From contig CAWFVX010000013.1 in assembly GCA_963819345.1 (NCBI GenBank), positions 22,852 through 86,851 on the forward strand: a stretch of DNA of 64,000 nt. Reading direction: 5' to 3'. This document shows, one piece after another, positions 9,792 to 20,516 of the stretch; position 1 is the first letter of the stretch, and the number at the start of each line of letters is the position of its first letter. This DNA is from an uncultured Alphaproteobacteria bacterium (GTDB lineage Bacteria; Pseudomonadota; Alphaproteobacteria; Acetobacterales; Acetobacteraceae). The notes under the pieces were generated by a model that made no database searches, was not told where the DNA came from, and was given only the letters and a program-made list of their open reading frames with translations. The translations under genes and the position numbers were made by a program.

Positions 9792-10760
9792 ATGCCGGCA
9801 GCGCCAGGTTTCTGGGTGCATGACGGGTTGCTAGCCAAGGCGTTGTCGCCGCTGTCGGTTATTGGATCTGCCCTGACGGCACGGCGCGTGGCGCGGCGGG
9901 GATGGCGAGCACCGGTGCCGGTAATCTGCTGTGGCAACGCCAGTGTGGGTGGTGCGGGCAAGACGACCTTGGTTCTGGAGCTTGCGCATCGACTGTCCGG
10001 CCGAGGCGTCCACTGCTTGCTGCGCGGCTACGGCGGCTCGGCGAAGGGGGTGCGTCGGGTAGACCCGGACGATCCCGCCGCTCTGGTTGGAGACGAAGCG
10101 CTGTTGCTGGCGGCAGTGGCGCCGACTTGGATCGGCGCCGACCGGGCCGTTAGTGCCCAGGCGGCGGTTCGGGCCGGGGCGAGGGTCCTGCTCCTGGACG
10201 ATGGCCTGCAAAATCCCACTTTGGAGAAAACCGCCTCGCTCTTGGTGATCGACGGGCGCACCGGGTTCGGCAACGGTCGGGTGCTGCCAGCCGGCCCGCT
10301 GCGGGAGACGGTCGAAGCCGCCGCTTCGCGGTGCCAGGCGGCGGTCCTGATCGGGGCAGACGCGACGCAAGCCACTATGCGTTTGCCGCCCGGGCTGCCG
10401 GTGCTCCGAGCGGATATGGTCCAGGACAAATCTGTCGCGGGGCTTGCCGGACGAGCGGTGGTAGCATTCGCCGGGATTGCGATACCCGAGAAGTTCTTCA
10501 CGCCGTTACGCGACGCCGGCGCAACCCTGGTCACGGCCCGGTCGTTTCCTGATCATCATCCCTATACCGCGCGCGAATTAAGCGAATTGTTGCGTGAGGT
10601 CCGAGACCGGCGGGCGATACTGGTTACGACACCAAAGGACGCGGTGCGCCTGCCGTCTGCCGTGCGGTCCGAGGTCACAGTCGTCGAGGTCCGCCTGTGT
10701 TGGCAGGAACCCGAGCAAATCGATCAACTCCTCGACGGGGTTATGGTAGCCACCTCATGA
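9792..10760 (+). CDS. lpxK: Tetraacyldisaccharide 4'-kinase
   Basis: P-loop GNASVGGAGKTT, LLLDDGLQN and FPDHH motifs; starts 3 nt after the waaA stop. Confidence 0.88.
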   Translation: MPAAPGFWVHDGLLAKALSPLSVIGSALTARRVARRGWRAPVPVICCGNASVGGAGKTTLVLELAHRLSGRGVHCLLRGYGGSAKGVRRVDPDDPAALVGDEALLLAAVAPTWIGADRAVSAQAAVRAGARVLLLDDGLQNPTLEKTASLLVIDGRTGFGNGRVLPAGPLRETVEAAASRCQAAVLIGADATQATMRLPPGLPVLRADMVQDKSVAGLAGRAVVAFAGIAIPEKFFTPLRDAGATLVTARSFPDHHPYTARELSELLREVRDRRAILVTTPKDAVRLPSAVRSEVTVVEVRLCWQEPEQIDQLLDGVMVATS

Positions 10761-10841
10761 CCGACGACAAGGTCGTTTGACGCTGGCTTCCTCTCGCGAT
10801 ACGCAAACCGCGCTTTCACTTTATCCGACGCAGGAGACCCA

Positions 10842-11156
10842 TTGATGTTCATCGCCATGAATCGCTTCAAGGTTCTACTTGGCGCCGAGGCGGCCTTCGA
10901 GGAGGTGTGGACCTCTCGCGACACTCATCTGCGCGGCGTTCCGGGTTTCGGGTCGTTCCATCTGCTGCGTGGACCAACGCGGGAGGATCACGTGCTGTAT
11001 TCCTCGCACACCATGTGGCGTGACAAGGAGGCGTTCGAGGCTTGGACTACGTCCGAGGCGTTCCGCCAGGCGCACCGCAGTGCCGGCGGCAACAAGCCGC
11101 TATATCTTGGTCACCCAGAGTTCGAGGGCTTCGAGGTCATACAGACGGTCGAGTAG
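10842..11156 (+). CDS. Antibiotic-biosynthesis-monooxygenase (ABM) domain protein
   Basis: 104-aa ORF with the ferredoxin-like ABM pattern (FIAMNRF..., WRDKEAFEAW). Confidence 0.65.
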   Translation: MMFIAMNRFKVLLGAEAAFEEVWTSRDTHLRGVPGFGSFHLLRGPTREDHVLYSSHTMWRDKEAFEAWTTSEAFRQAHRSAGGNKPLYLGHPEFEGFEVIQTVE

Positions 11157-11282
11157 CGCACGCGGCCTGTCTTTGGCGGCAGTATTGCCATGGAAAATAT
11201 AAACTACACCCTCTATGGCGTTCCACCCCGCGCTGAGGCAGGCTGCAATAGTGCGCGGCCGCCGAGCAGCAGGGATGGGCAA

Positions 11283-12885
11283 ATGGCAAACGGGGTCAAT
11301 CGCCGGGGCTTCCTGAGGACTACAGCCGTAGTGGCAAGTGCGTTGGCGGCTCCTCGGCTGTCTCTGGCTGCCGACAACAAGACTCTGCGTTTCGTGCCGC
11401 AGGCCAACCTCGCCAATCTTGATCCGATCTGGACAACGCAGTACGTCGTCCGCAACGGCTCGCTGCTGATTTGGGACATGCTGATGGGCGTGGACGACCA
11501 ACTGCAGCCGAAGCCGCAGATGGTCGAAGCGTTCGAAAATACCAGTGACTTCAAGACTTGGACGTTCAAGCTCCGTCCCGGTCTGAAATTCCACGATGGC
11601 GAGCCAGGACCTGTCGAAGGATGTCGTGGCGAGTATCAAGCGCTGGATGGTGCGTGATGCGTCGATGGGTGGGCCGATCAAGAAACGGACGGATGCGCTG
11701 GAGACCGTCGACGACTACACCTTCCGCTTTCGCCTCAATCAGCCATACTCAAAGATGCTGTTTGCTTTAGGCAAGAGCGGCACGCCATGCCTGTTCATCA
11801 TGCCGGAACGGATAGCCGCGACCGATCCTTACAAGCAGATCACCGAGTATGTCGGATCCGGGCCGATGCGCTTTAAGAAGAGCGAATGGGTGCCTGGTGC
11901 CAGAGCGGTGTTCGAGAAATTCGACGGCTATGTGCCTCGGGATGAAAAGGCCGTTTGGTTGTCGGGCGGCAAGCGCATCCACTTCGACCGGATTGAGTGG
12001 CAGATTGTTCCCGACGGTGCCACTGCCGCGGCGGCGTTGCAGAACGGTGAGGTCGACTGGCTGGAGACGCCGCTGTCGGATCTGGTCCCGCTATTGCGGA
12101 AGAGCAGCAGCGTTGCGGTGGATATCGCTGATCCGCTGGGCAACATCGGCTCCTTCCGCATCAACCACCTGCATCCGCCGTTTAATGACGTGCGGGCGAG
12201 GCGCGCGGTGCAGATTGCGCTCAGTCAGGAAGATTACATGGGGGCGGTCGTCGGCGACGACGAAACGCTGTGGAAGACGCTGCCGAGCTTTTTCCCGCCT
12301 GACACGCCGCTCTATACCGAGAACGGCGGTGAGGTGCTGAAGGGCAAGCGCGACTACGACCTGGCGAAAAAGCTTCTCGCGGAGGCCGGCTACAAGAACG
12401 AGCCGATCATCTTGCTGGTCGCAACCGACGTGGCGATCACCAAGGCGCAGGGCGACGTGACGGCCGACCTGCTGAAGCGGATCGGGATGAACGTGCAATA
12501 TCAGGCGCTGGATTGGGGCACCGTCGGCCAGAGGCGCGCGAGCAAGGAGCCGCCGGACAAAGGCGGCTGGAACATCTTCCACACCTGGCACGCCGGCGCG
12601 GACTGCGTGAATCCGGCCCCCTATATTGCTTTGGACAGCAGCGGCGACACCGCCTGGTTCGGCTGGCCGAAATCGGAGCTGGTCCAGGAGAAAATCGCGG
12701 CCTGGTATGTTGCGCCGGATCTGGCGGCGGAAAAGGCGGTGATCGCGGATCTCAATAAGGCGGCTATGGAACACGTGGTCTACGTGCCTACGGGTTTCTT
12801 CAAAGGGTATCAGGCCTGGCGGAAGAACGTCTCGGGCGTGGTCAAGGCGCCGTTCCCGGTGTTCTGGGACGTGACTAAGGCGTGA
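11283..12885 (+). pseudogene. ABC transporter substrate-binding protein, family 5 (peptide/nickel), frame-disrupted
   Basis: Tat-type leader NRRGFLRTTAVVASALAAP in ORF 11190..11657 continues in ORF 11596..12885; junction GLKFHDGEP / DLSKDVVASIKRW near 11607 (gag cca g gac). Confidence 0.8.
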
Positions 12886-12891
12886 GCAACG

Positions 12892-13092
12892 GGAGGAAGG
12901 CCGGGGCTCCGCCCCGAACCCCGCCAAGGGCGGACCGCCCTTGGAACCCCGGAATTGGGTGGGTGGACAGGAGGGGGCGGCTCCAGCGGTTGCCCGGTCT
13001 AAGTTGCCCCCTCCCGTCCACCCACCCATTAGTGGGATCAAAGGGGCCGACGGTCCCTTTGCGGGTCCAGGGCGGAGCCCCGGCCTTCCTCC
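12892..13092. repeat. ~200-bp nested palindromic intergenic element (REP/MITE-like)
   Basis: Perfect 23-bp terminal inverted repeat ggaggaaggccggggctccgccc (12892-12914 vs 13070-13092); inner paired arms tgggtgggtggacaggagggggc / gccccctcccgtccacccaccca; each arm carries its own side hairpin; both strands give mirror-image ORFs in the track. Confidence 0.85.
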
Positions 13093-13108
13093 TAGCGCCC
13101 ATGCCCTG

Positions 13109-14050
13109 ATGCTGTCCTACGTCGTCCGCCGCATCCTGGCCACGATACCTGTCGTTCTAATGGTGGCTCTGTTCGTCTTCAGTCTTCTCTACATTGCCCC
13201 CGGCGATCCCGCCGCCATCATCGCCGGCGATCAGGCCACACCGGCGGACGTCGACCGCATCCGCGCCTCGCTCGGCCTCGACCGGCCATTTCTGGTGCGA
13301 TTCTTCGACTGGTTCTGGCACGTCCTGCAAGGCGATCTGGGGACCTCGATCTTCACCAACCTGCCGGTCAGCCACATGATCGCACAGCGAATCGAGCCAA
13401 CTGTCTCGCTAATGGTCCTGACCTTGATCCTATCGCTCAGCACCGCCATTCCGATGGGGGTGATCGCGGCGTGGAAGCACGGGACGTGGATCGACCGAGC
13501 GGTGATGGCACTGGCGGTGCTGGGCTTCTCGACGCCGGTTTTCGTCATCGGGTATGTGCTGGCCTACATCTTTGCGCTGCGGCTGGACTGGCTGCCGGTG
13601 CAGGGCTTTACCTCCATCGAGCAGGGTCTTTGGCCGTTCCTGCGCAACCTGATCCTGCCGTCGGTCGCGCTCGGGCTGATCTACATGGCGCTGATCGCGC
13701 GGATCACCCGAGCGACGATGCTCGACGTGCTGTCACAGGATTATGTGCGAACGGCGAAGGCGAAGGGCGTCGGACAACGCGGCGTGCTGTTTGTCCACGC
13801 CCTGAAGAACGCGGCGGTTCCGATCGTCACGGTGATCGGCATCGGCTTCGCGGCGCTCATCGGTGGCGCCGTGGTGACCGAGAGCGTCTTCGCCATTCCA
13901 GGTCTGGGACGCTTGACTGTCGACGCCATCCTGCGGCGCGACTATCCGGTGATCCAGGGTGTCGTGCTGCTGTTTAGCTTCGTCTACGTGCTGGTCAATC
14001 TCGGGGTGGACCTTCTCTACACGCTGTTTGACCCGAGGATCCGCTATTGA
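13109..14050 (+). CDS. ABC transporter permease (DppB/OppB-like)
   Basis: MLSYVVRRILATIPVV N-terminus and the EAA-loop region YVRTAKAKG; trimmed from track ORF 12941..14050. Confidence 0.88.
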   Translation: MLSYVVRRILATIPVVLMVALFVFSLLYIAPGDPAAIIAGDQATPADVDRIRASLGLDRPFLVRFFDWFWHVLQGDLGTSIFTNLPVSHMIAQRIEPTVSLMVLTLILSLSTAIPMGVIAAWKHGTWIDRAVMALAVLGFSTPVFVIGYVLAYIFALRLDWLPVQGFTSIEQGLWPFLRNLILPSVALGLIYMALIARITRATMLDVLSQDYVRTAKAKGVGQRGVLFVHALKNAAVPIVTVIGIGFAALIGGAVVTESVFAIPGLGRLTVDAILRRDYPVIQGVVLLFSFVYVLVNLGVDLLYTLFDPRIRY

Positions 14051-14943
14051 GCGCCACAACTCACGCAGCCTCCCCAGACCTACCCGCGATTCTGCCTGTG
14101 CCGGAGGAGCGGGGGCGGATCGCCGGCTTCATCTACCGGCATCCGACGATCTTCGTGGGTGGACTGTTGATCGGGTTGATGATCTTCATCGCGATTTTCG
14201 CGCCGTATCTGGGCACCAAGGATCCGACCGCACTGGCACCCGCGCGCCGTACGCGGGAACCCTCCGCGTTGTACTGGTTCGGCACCGACATGCTCGGGCG
14301 AGATGTCTATTCGCGCGTGCTTTACGGGTCGCGAGTATCGCTGATCGTCGGGTTCTCGGTGGCGTTTTTCGCTTCGGTCATTGGCACGTTCATCGGTCTT
14401 CTCGCAGGCTTTATCCGTCTTCTGGATGCCGTGGTCATGCGGGTGATGGACGGTCTGATGTCGATCCCCCCGATCTTGCTGGCGATCGCGCTGATGGCGC
14501 TGACCCGCGCCTCGGTGCAGAACGTGATCGTAGCAATCACCATCGCCGAATTTCCTCGGGTGTCACGCCTGGTGCGCGGCGTGGTGCTGTCGTTGCGCGA
14601 ACAACCTTACGTCGAAGCCGCGGTCGCCTCGGGCACGCGGGTGCCGGTTATCATATGGAAGCACATTCTTCCCAACACGCTTGCGCCGCTGATGGTGCAG
14701 GCAACGTTCATCTGTGCCTCTGCGATGATCACCGAGGCGACGCTCTCGTTCATTGGCGCCGGCACGCCGCCGATCATCCCGAGCTGGGGGAACATCATGG
14801 CCGAGGGACGTGCGCTGTGGCAGGTGAAGCCGTACATCGTCTTTTTCCCGGCAATTTTCCTCTCCATTACAGTGTTGGCGGTGAATCTGCTGGGTGACGG
14901 GTTGCGAGACGCGCTCGATCCGCGGTTGGCGAAGCGGTTGTAA
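14047..14943 (+). CDS. ABC transporter permease (DppC/OppC-like)
   Basis: 298-aa ORF; TTG start overlaps the upstream stop; multiple TM segments; EQPYVEAAVASG EAA loop. Confidence 0.85.
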   Translation: MSATTHAASPDLPAILPVPEERGRIAGFIYRHPTIFVGGLLIGLMIFIAIFAPYLGTKDPTALAPARRTREPSALYWFGTDMLGRDVYSRVLYGSRVSLIVGFSVAFFASVIGTFIGLLAGFIRLLDAVVMRVMDGLMSIPPILLAIALMALTRASVQNVIVAITIAEFPRVSRLVRGVVLSLREQPYVEAAVASGTRVPVIIWKHILPNTLAPLMVQATFICASAMITEATLSFIGAGTPPIIPSWGNIMAEGRALWQVKPYIVFFPAIFLSITVLAVNLLGDGLRDALDPRLAKRL

Positions 14944-14946
14944 TCG

Positions 14947-15967
14947 ATGGCGCCACTGCCCAGTCCGCCGAGCGGACGACCGCTGCTGGAAGTCGAAAAC
15001 CTGCAGACTCACTTCGGCACTCCGGACGGAGTGGTCCGAGCGGTTGAGGGGCTTTCGTTCCATATCGATGCCGGCGAGACGCTGGGGATTGTTGGCGAAT
15101 CCGGCTGCGGCAAGTCCGTTACTTCGATGTCAATTCTTCGGCTGATCCAGGAGCCGCCGGGAAAAATCGCCGGCAGCATCCGGTTCGAGGGCCGTGACCT
15201 GCTGAAGGTCAGCGAGCAGGAGATGCGGGGGATTCGAGGCAACGCGATCTCCATGATCTTCCAGGAACCGATGACGAGCCTCAATCCGGTGCTGACCGTC
15301 GGCAAGCAAATCGGCGAGACGGTAAGGCTGCACCAGGGCATGAACGCGCGCGACGCCGAAGCAAAGGCGGTCGAGATGTTGACGCTGGTGGGCATTCCTG
15401 CGCCTGCGCGGCGCGTCCGCGAGTATCCGCATCAGTTATCGGGCGGTATGCGGCAGCGGGTGATGATCGCGATGGCGCTGGCCTGCAATCCCAGGCTGCT
15501 GATCGCCGATGAGCCAACCACCGCGCTGGACGTAACCATCCAGGCACAGATTCTCGACCTGATGCGCGATCTTAAGACGCGTCTGGGATCGGCGATCATG
15601 CTGATCACTCACGATCTGGGCGTGGTCGCGGAGATGGCGCAGCGGGTGGTGGTGATGTATGCGGGGCGGAAGGTCGAGGAAGCTCCGGTCATCGAAATCT
15701 TCGCTCGTCCGCTGCATCCCTACACTCGCGGCTTGCTTGAGCGCAGTGCCGAAATTAGGATCATCGCTGGACGAAGGTGGACGCACCAAGTTGGCTGAAA
15801 TCGCCGGGCTGGTGCCGAGCTTGCGCAAGCCGATCGTGGGCTGCGCGTTCGCCGGGCGATGCCAGATGGTGACAGAGTTGTGCCGCAGCGTTGCGCCGGC
15901 GATCGAGCCGAAGGCGGCAGGCCATAGTGTCGCTTGTCACTACGCCGGGGATAAGGTGGCGGTATGA
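14947..15967 (+). pseudogene. ABC transporter ATP-binding protein (DppD/OppD-like), frame-disrupted
   Basis: Walker A GESGCGKS, signature LSGGMRQR, Walker B LLIADEPT; body ORF 14947..15798 joins the tail in ORF 15659..15967 at HPYTRGLL / SAVPKLGSS near 15739; the tail ends in an ATGA overlap with the next gene. Confidence 0.8.
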
Positions 15968-16977
15968 CCACCGACCGTCCGTTGCTTGAAGTGAACGTCC
16001 TCAAGAAGCATTTTCCGATCCGCGGTGGGCTGCTTGGAAGAGTGACCGCGAAGGTCTATGCGGTCGATGGAGTAACGTTTTCTATAAACCGAGGCGAGAC
16101 ACTATCGCTGGTCGGCAAATCCGGCTGCGGCAAATCGACCGTTGGCAAAGCGATCCTGCGGCTGTTCAAGCTGACGGACGGTGAGGTCTATCTGGACGGC
16201 GAGCGCATCGACAACATGCCAGCGCGCAAGCTGCGTATGATGCGCCAGCGGGTGCAGGTGGTGTTCCAGGACCCGTTCAGCAGCCTCAATCCGCGGGTGA
16301 AGGTGCGTGACATCCTGGCTGAGCCGCTGATCAATTTTGGTATGGCGCACGGCCGCAAGGACCTGAACGAAAAGGTCGCGGCGCTGATGGACAAGGTCCG
16401 CCTGCCGCGGGACGCTATCAACCGGTTCCCGCACGAATTCTCCGGTGGCCAGCGGCAGCGGATCGGCATTGCACGGGCGCTGGCGCCGGGCGCGGATCTG
16501 ATCATTTGCGATGAGGCCGTGTCGGCATTGGATGTTTCGGTCAAGGCACAGATCATCAATCTACTTGTCGATTTGCAGGACGATCTTGGGCTGGCGTTGC
16601 TGTTCATCAGTCATGATTTGGCGACGGTGGAGCACCTGACCCATCGCGTCGCGGTGATGTATCTGGGCAAGATCGTGGAACTCGCGGACCGCCGGTCGCT
16701 GTTCGCTGAGTCGCACCATCCCTATACGAAGGCGCTGTTGTCGGCCGTGCCGGTGACCGATCCGCTGGCGCGGCGGCAGCGGATTATTCTGCAGGGCGAT
16801 GTACCGAGCCCGATCAACCCGCCTTCGGGTTGCCGGTTTCATACGCGCTGCCCGTTCGTTTTCGACCGCTGCCGAACGGAGGAGCCGGTGTTGCGGCCGG
16901 TGAGCGATGGGCATTTCTCGGCATGTCATCTGGACGAGGTCCCCGGTGGCCAGGTTCTGCCCGCCGCCGCAGAATAA
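15964..16977 (+). CDS. ABC transporter ATP-binding protein (DppF/OppF-like)
   Basis: Walker A GKSGCGKST, signature FSGGQRQR, Walker B LIICDEAVS, C-terminal oligopeptide-type Cys motif GCRFHTRCP. Confidence 0.9.
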   Translation: MTTDRPLLEVNVLKKHFPIRGGLLGRVTAKVYAVDGVTFSINRGETLSLVGKSGCGKSTVGKAILRLFKLTDGEVYLDGERIDNMPARKLRMMRQRVQVVFQDPFSSLNPRVKVRDILAEPLINFGMAHGRKDLNEKVAALMDKVRLPRDAINRFPHEFSGGQRQRIGIARALAPGADLIICDEAVSALDVSVKAQIINLLVDLQDDLGLALLFISHDLATVEHLTHRVAVMYLGKIVELADRRSLFAESHHPYTKALLSAVPVTDPLARRQRIILQGDVPSPINPPSGCRFHTRCPFVFDRCRTEEPVLRPVSDGHFSACHLDEVPGGQVLPAAAE

Positions 16978-17003
16978 TGTCGGCCAGAATGGGCCGGGCA
17001 GTG

Positions 17004-17966
17004 CTATCCGCTTTTCGATTCCTCGAGCATTTGCCTGAAATAGGCTACCGTCCTGGCCAAGCCGGCATCGAGCTCGACTGTTGGCTGCCAACCGAGGACA
17101 TTTTGCGCCATTGTGATGTCCGGGCACCGCTGGAGCGGATCGTCTTCCGGCAGTGGGCGGTGGACGATGCGAGAGGACGCGCCGGTCAGACGGATTATGC
17201 GTTCCGCAAGTTCGCGCACCGGGATTTCGTGCGGATTGCCGATGTTGATCGGACCGGTGATGCCGGGGCCGGTTGCCATCAGGCGGATGAAGCCTTCGAT
17301 CAGGTCGTCCACGAAGCAAAATGCGCGCGTCTGGTTGCCGTCGCCGTAGAGCGTGATGTCCTCGTTTCGTAGTGCCTGGATGATGAAGTTCGACACCACC
17401 CGGCCGTCGTTCGGGTGCATGCGGGCGCCGTAGGTGTTGAAGATCCGAACTACCTTGATCCGAACACGATGCTGCCGGTGATAGTCGAAGAACAATGTTT
17501 CGGCGCAGCGTTTGCCCTCATCGTAGCAGGCACGGGGACCCAGCGGGTTGACGTTGCCGCGGTAGGCTTCCGTCTGCGGATGCACCGTGGGATCGCCGTA
17601 GACCTCGCTGGTTGAGGCCTGGAGGATCTTGGCGCCGATTCGCTTGGCGAGGCCGAGCATGTTGATGGCGCCGATGACGCTTGTCTTGGTGGTCTGCACC
17701 GGATCGAACTGGTAGTGCACTGGCGACGCCGGGCAGGCCAGGTTGTAGATCTGGTCGACCTCCACATACAGCGGGAATGTTACGTCGTGGCGCATCGCCT
17801 CGAAATGCGGATTGGCCGCCAGGTGAGCGATGTTGTCTTTACGGCCGGTGAAATAGTTATCGACGCAAAGCACGTCATTGCCTTCCGTCAATAGTCGCTC
17901 GCACAGGTGGGAACCAAGGAATCCGGCGCCCCCGGTTACCAGGATACGCGCGCGTGTCAGGGCCAT
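17004..17966 (-). CDS. UDP-glucuronate decarboxylase (UDP-xylose synthase), SDR family
   Basis: [16 protein letters not shown] Rossmann motif, [10 protein letters not shown], and the catalytic YDEGKR (YxxxK). Confidence 0.85.
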   Translation of the reverse strand: MALTRARILVTGGAGFLGSHLCERLLTEGNDVLCVDNYFTGRKDNIAHLAANPHFEAMRHDVTFPLYVEVDQIYNLACPASPVHYQFDPVQTTKTSVIGAINMLGLAKRIGAKILQASTSEVYGDPTVHPQTEAYRGNVNPLGPRACYDEGKRCAETLFFDYHRQHRVRIKVVRIFNTYGARMHPNDGRVVSNFIIQALRNEDITLYGDGNQTRAFCFVDDLIEGFIRLMATGPGITGPINIGNPHEIPVRELAERIIRLTGASSRIVHRPLPEDDPLQRCPDITMAQNVLGWQPTVELDAGLARTVAYFRQMLEESKSG

Positions 17967-18181
17967 TCGGATCCGCCTCCAAGGTGGCTGATCGCTTAGA
18001 TGCCCTGATTTTCACTGCCAACGCAAACTGGCTCCGTTGCGAAGGCGGCGAGCTCTGCGTGCCGGGCAGGCGGCGGATGGCTTTGCGATCGGTGGCGATG
18101 GGTGACACGACGCACCTTGCCCCGATGGGGCCGTGCGAGCGAATATGCTCGCCTAACGGTCATCAAGAGAGGAAACCGATC

Positions 18182-18877
18182 ATGCCCGAACGCCCCTTCA
18201 CCCAGTCTGACTTGGACGTGCTGGCGCAGTGGGACACTCCAACCATCTGCAACGGGCTGGAGATCGTGGTGCCGGAGCGCCGCGCCTTCGGCTTTACGGT
18301 GGAGCAGATGGTCTGCATCGACCCAAAGGCGAAGCCGATTGTCGGATTGGCGCGAGTGGGCATGATCCGGGCCACAGAGCCGCCACGATCCAAGGTCGCA
18401 GATCGCGCAGATTGGTATGACTATGTTGCTCGGGTGGATTTTCCGACCATCGCGGTGATCCAGGACATCGACGGCCGGGTCGGCTATGGCGCTTACTGGG
18501 GCGAGGTCCAATCCACGATCCACAAGGCGCTCGGATCGATCGGCTGCGTTACCAACGGGTCATTCCGTGATCTGGACATGTGGGCACCTGGCTATCAGAT
18601 GATCGGCGGACGGATTGGACCCAGCCACGCGCATGTGCACATGATTGATTTCGGCAAGCCGGTGAATATTTTTGGCATGCATGTGGCACATGACGATGTG
18701 ATCCACGCCGACTTCCACGGGGCGGTAGTGATCCCCGCCGATGCGGTGCGGAAACTGCCCGCCGCGATCGACCTGGTCTCCCGCCGGGAGGCTGTGATCC
18801 TGGAGGTTTGCCGGGCGCCGGGCTTTACCCCCGCCAAGCTGCGGGAAGCTCTCCGGAAGTCCGGCGAAATTCACTGA
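18182..18877 (+). CDS. RraA-family protein (RNase E regulator / HMG aldolase-like)
   Basis: Track ORF 17954..18877 trimmed to ATG 18182; TPTICNGLE and GCVTNGSFRD motifs. Confidence 0.7.
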   Translation: MPERPFTQSDLDVLAQWDTPTICNGLEIVVPERRAFGFTVEQMVCIDPKAKPIVGLARVGMIRATEPPRSKVADRADWYDYVARVDFPTIAVIQDIDGRVGYGAYWGEVQSTIHKALGSIGCVTNGSFRDLDMWAPGYQMIGGRIGPSHAHVHMIDFGKPVNIFGMHVAHDDVIHADFHGAVVIPADAVRKLPAAIDLVSRREAVILEVCRAPGFTPAKLREALRKSGEIH

Positions 18878-19644
18878 GTTCGGCGGGCCTTCATCCGCTG
18901 GATCGCCTCGGAGACCATCCGGGTTGGTTCATCGGTTTGATAGGCGCGCGAGATGCAGCGTATGCCGGCTTCGATCGCGTCGTTGACCGGCATCGCTTCC
19001 CACTCCCGGATCAGTTCCTTCTGCAGCCGGATCGCTTTGGGTCCGGATTCGACAATGGATGTCACCCATTGGCCGAGGGCGGCGTCCAGATCAGCGGCAG
19101 GAACGACTTTCTCAACCAGCCCCCAGTCCAGGGCGGTGCGGGCGTCTATGTTGTCGCCGGTGTAGAGCAGCAGTTTTGTCCGCCCCCACCCGATCAATTG
19201 CGGCAGCAGAGCGGCCTCGACGACGGAGGGCAGGCCGATCTTGACCTCCGGCATGCCGAAGACCGCGTTGTTGCTGGCGATGTGCATGTCGCACGCCGCC
19301 ATGACCTCGAGGCCCGCACCCAGGCAGAAGCCGTTGACCCGGGCGATGACCGGCACCGGCAGGTCGCGCAACACTTTGCACATGCGATGAATCAGAATGA
19401 GGAAGTCTCGTGCCTTCGAGGGATTTAGCGCGCCGAGCTCGTGCAGATTGGCACCGCCGATGAAGGCACGGTCGCCCTCGCCGGTGATGATCAGCACGCG
19501 AAGATCCGGGTCGTCCGCCAAAGCGGTCACTGCCTCGATGAATGCCGTGATCTGGGCCTGGCCAAGGCAGTTCAGGCGCGCGGTGTTGTCGATGGAAACG
19601 GTCGCGACCGCGCCGTCTTGGTCGCGGCGGATGCGCAGGGTCAT
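18871..19644 (-). CDS. Enoyl-CoA hydratase/isomerase (crotonase) family protein
   Basis: Crotonase pattern VLIITGEGDRAFIGGANL and NGFCLGAGLEVMAACD; trimmed to ATG 19644, which forms an ATGA overlap with the upstream SDR stop. Confidence 0.8.
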   Translation of the reverse strand: MTLRIRRDQDGAVATVSIDNTARLNCLGQAQITAFIEAVTALADDPDLRVLIITGEGDRAFIGGANLHELGALNPSKARDFLILIHRMCKVLRDLPVPVIARVNGFCLGAGLEVMAACDMHIASNNAVFGMPEVKIGLPSVVEAALLPQLIGWGRTKLLLYTGDNIDARTALDWGLVEKVVPAADLDAALGQWVTSIVESGPKAIRLQKELIREWEAMPVNDAIEAGIRCISRAYQTDEPTRMVSEAIQRMKARRTQ

Positions 19645-20444
19645 GACTGTATCCTCTGATTCCAGCCGATAGGGCCCCGGAAAGGTCTCATATCCGGATA
19701 GCCGCTGACCGCCCACGCGCCGTCGACCAGTAGGCTGGCGCCGTTGACGTAGCTTGCGTCCTCGCTGGCGAGGTATAGCGCGGGCGCGGCTATTTCCTCC
19801 GGCTGCGCTGAGCGGCCCATCGGGATGCGTTGCTCGAAGGCGGCAAGGGCGTCGGGGTTATCGAAGTGCCGGCGCGTCAAATTGGTCTGCACCAGTCCCG
19901 GCAATATCGCATTCACTCGCAGACCGAATTCCGCGAATTCCAATGCGCCATTGCGTGACAGCATCTCGACGCCGGCTTTGGCGGCGACATAGGCTGACCC
20001 GGCATGCATCGGCACATGGGCGTTCAGCGATGCGATGTTGACGATGGCGCCGCTGCCCTGGCGTATCATCTGCCGCGCTTGGTGCTTCATGCCGAGAAAC
20101 ACGCCCTTGAGGCACAAATCGACGGTGAAGTCCCAGTCGGCCTCCGCCAGATCGACGATGTAGCCGCCGCGAGACCCGCCGGCGACGTTGAACGCCGCGT
20201 GGACCCCTCCGAACCGGTCTACTGCGGTTGCAACAAGTTCCTCGGCCGAGGACTCCTTGGTGACGTCGCCTGCGATCCCCACGAAAGCATCGCCTAGGTC
20301 ACCGACTGGATTCACATCGGTCCCGACGACGTTCGCACCCTCGGCCAGCAGGCGTTTCGTGATGGCCAGTCCGATACCCGAAGCGGCACCGGTTACCACC
20401 GCCACCTTGCCGGCGAACCGGTCTTTGCACGCGATCATCTGCAT
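19641..20444 (-). CDS. SDR-family oxidoreductase
   Basis: VVTGAASGIGLA cofactor motif and the catalytic YVAAK; trimmed from the 373-aa track ORF to ATG 20444. Confidence 0.85.
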   Translation of the reverse strand: MQMIACKDRFAGKVAVVTGAASGIGLAITKRLLAEGANVVGTDVNPVGDLGDAFVGIAGDVTKESSAEELVATAVDRFGGVHAAFNVAGGSRGGYIVDLAEADWDFTVDLCLKGVFLGMKHQARQMIRQGSGAIVNIASLNAHVPMHAGSAYVAAKAGVEMLSRNGALEFAEFGLRVNAILPGLVQTNLTRRHFDNPDALAAFEQRIPMGRSAQPEEIAAPALYLASEDASYVNGASLLVDGAWAVSGYPDMRPFRGPIGWNQRIQS

Positions 20445-20516
20445 TCTCCCCCCCGTGTTAAGAGTTTGGCAACTATTGCCGTGGTTCCGTGTCCGGGTTT
20501 TCGCTGGGAAGCCTGC

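Noticed and set aside
12091-13041. 316-aa antisense ORF opposite the substrate-binding protein gene
   Set aside because: It is a shadow ORF with low-complexity Arg/Pro/Gly composition. The sense strand has clear family-5 SBP sequence.
12875-13109. Two 75-aa ORFs on opposite strands with near-identical peptides
   Set aside because: They are by-products of the ~200-bp palindromic element, because the same sequence is read from both strands. They are not credible genes.
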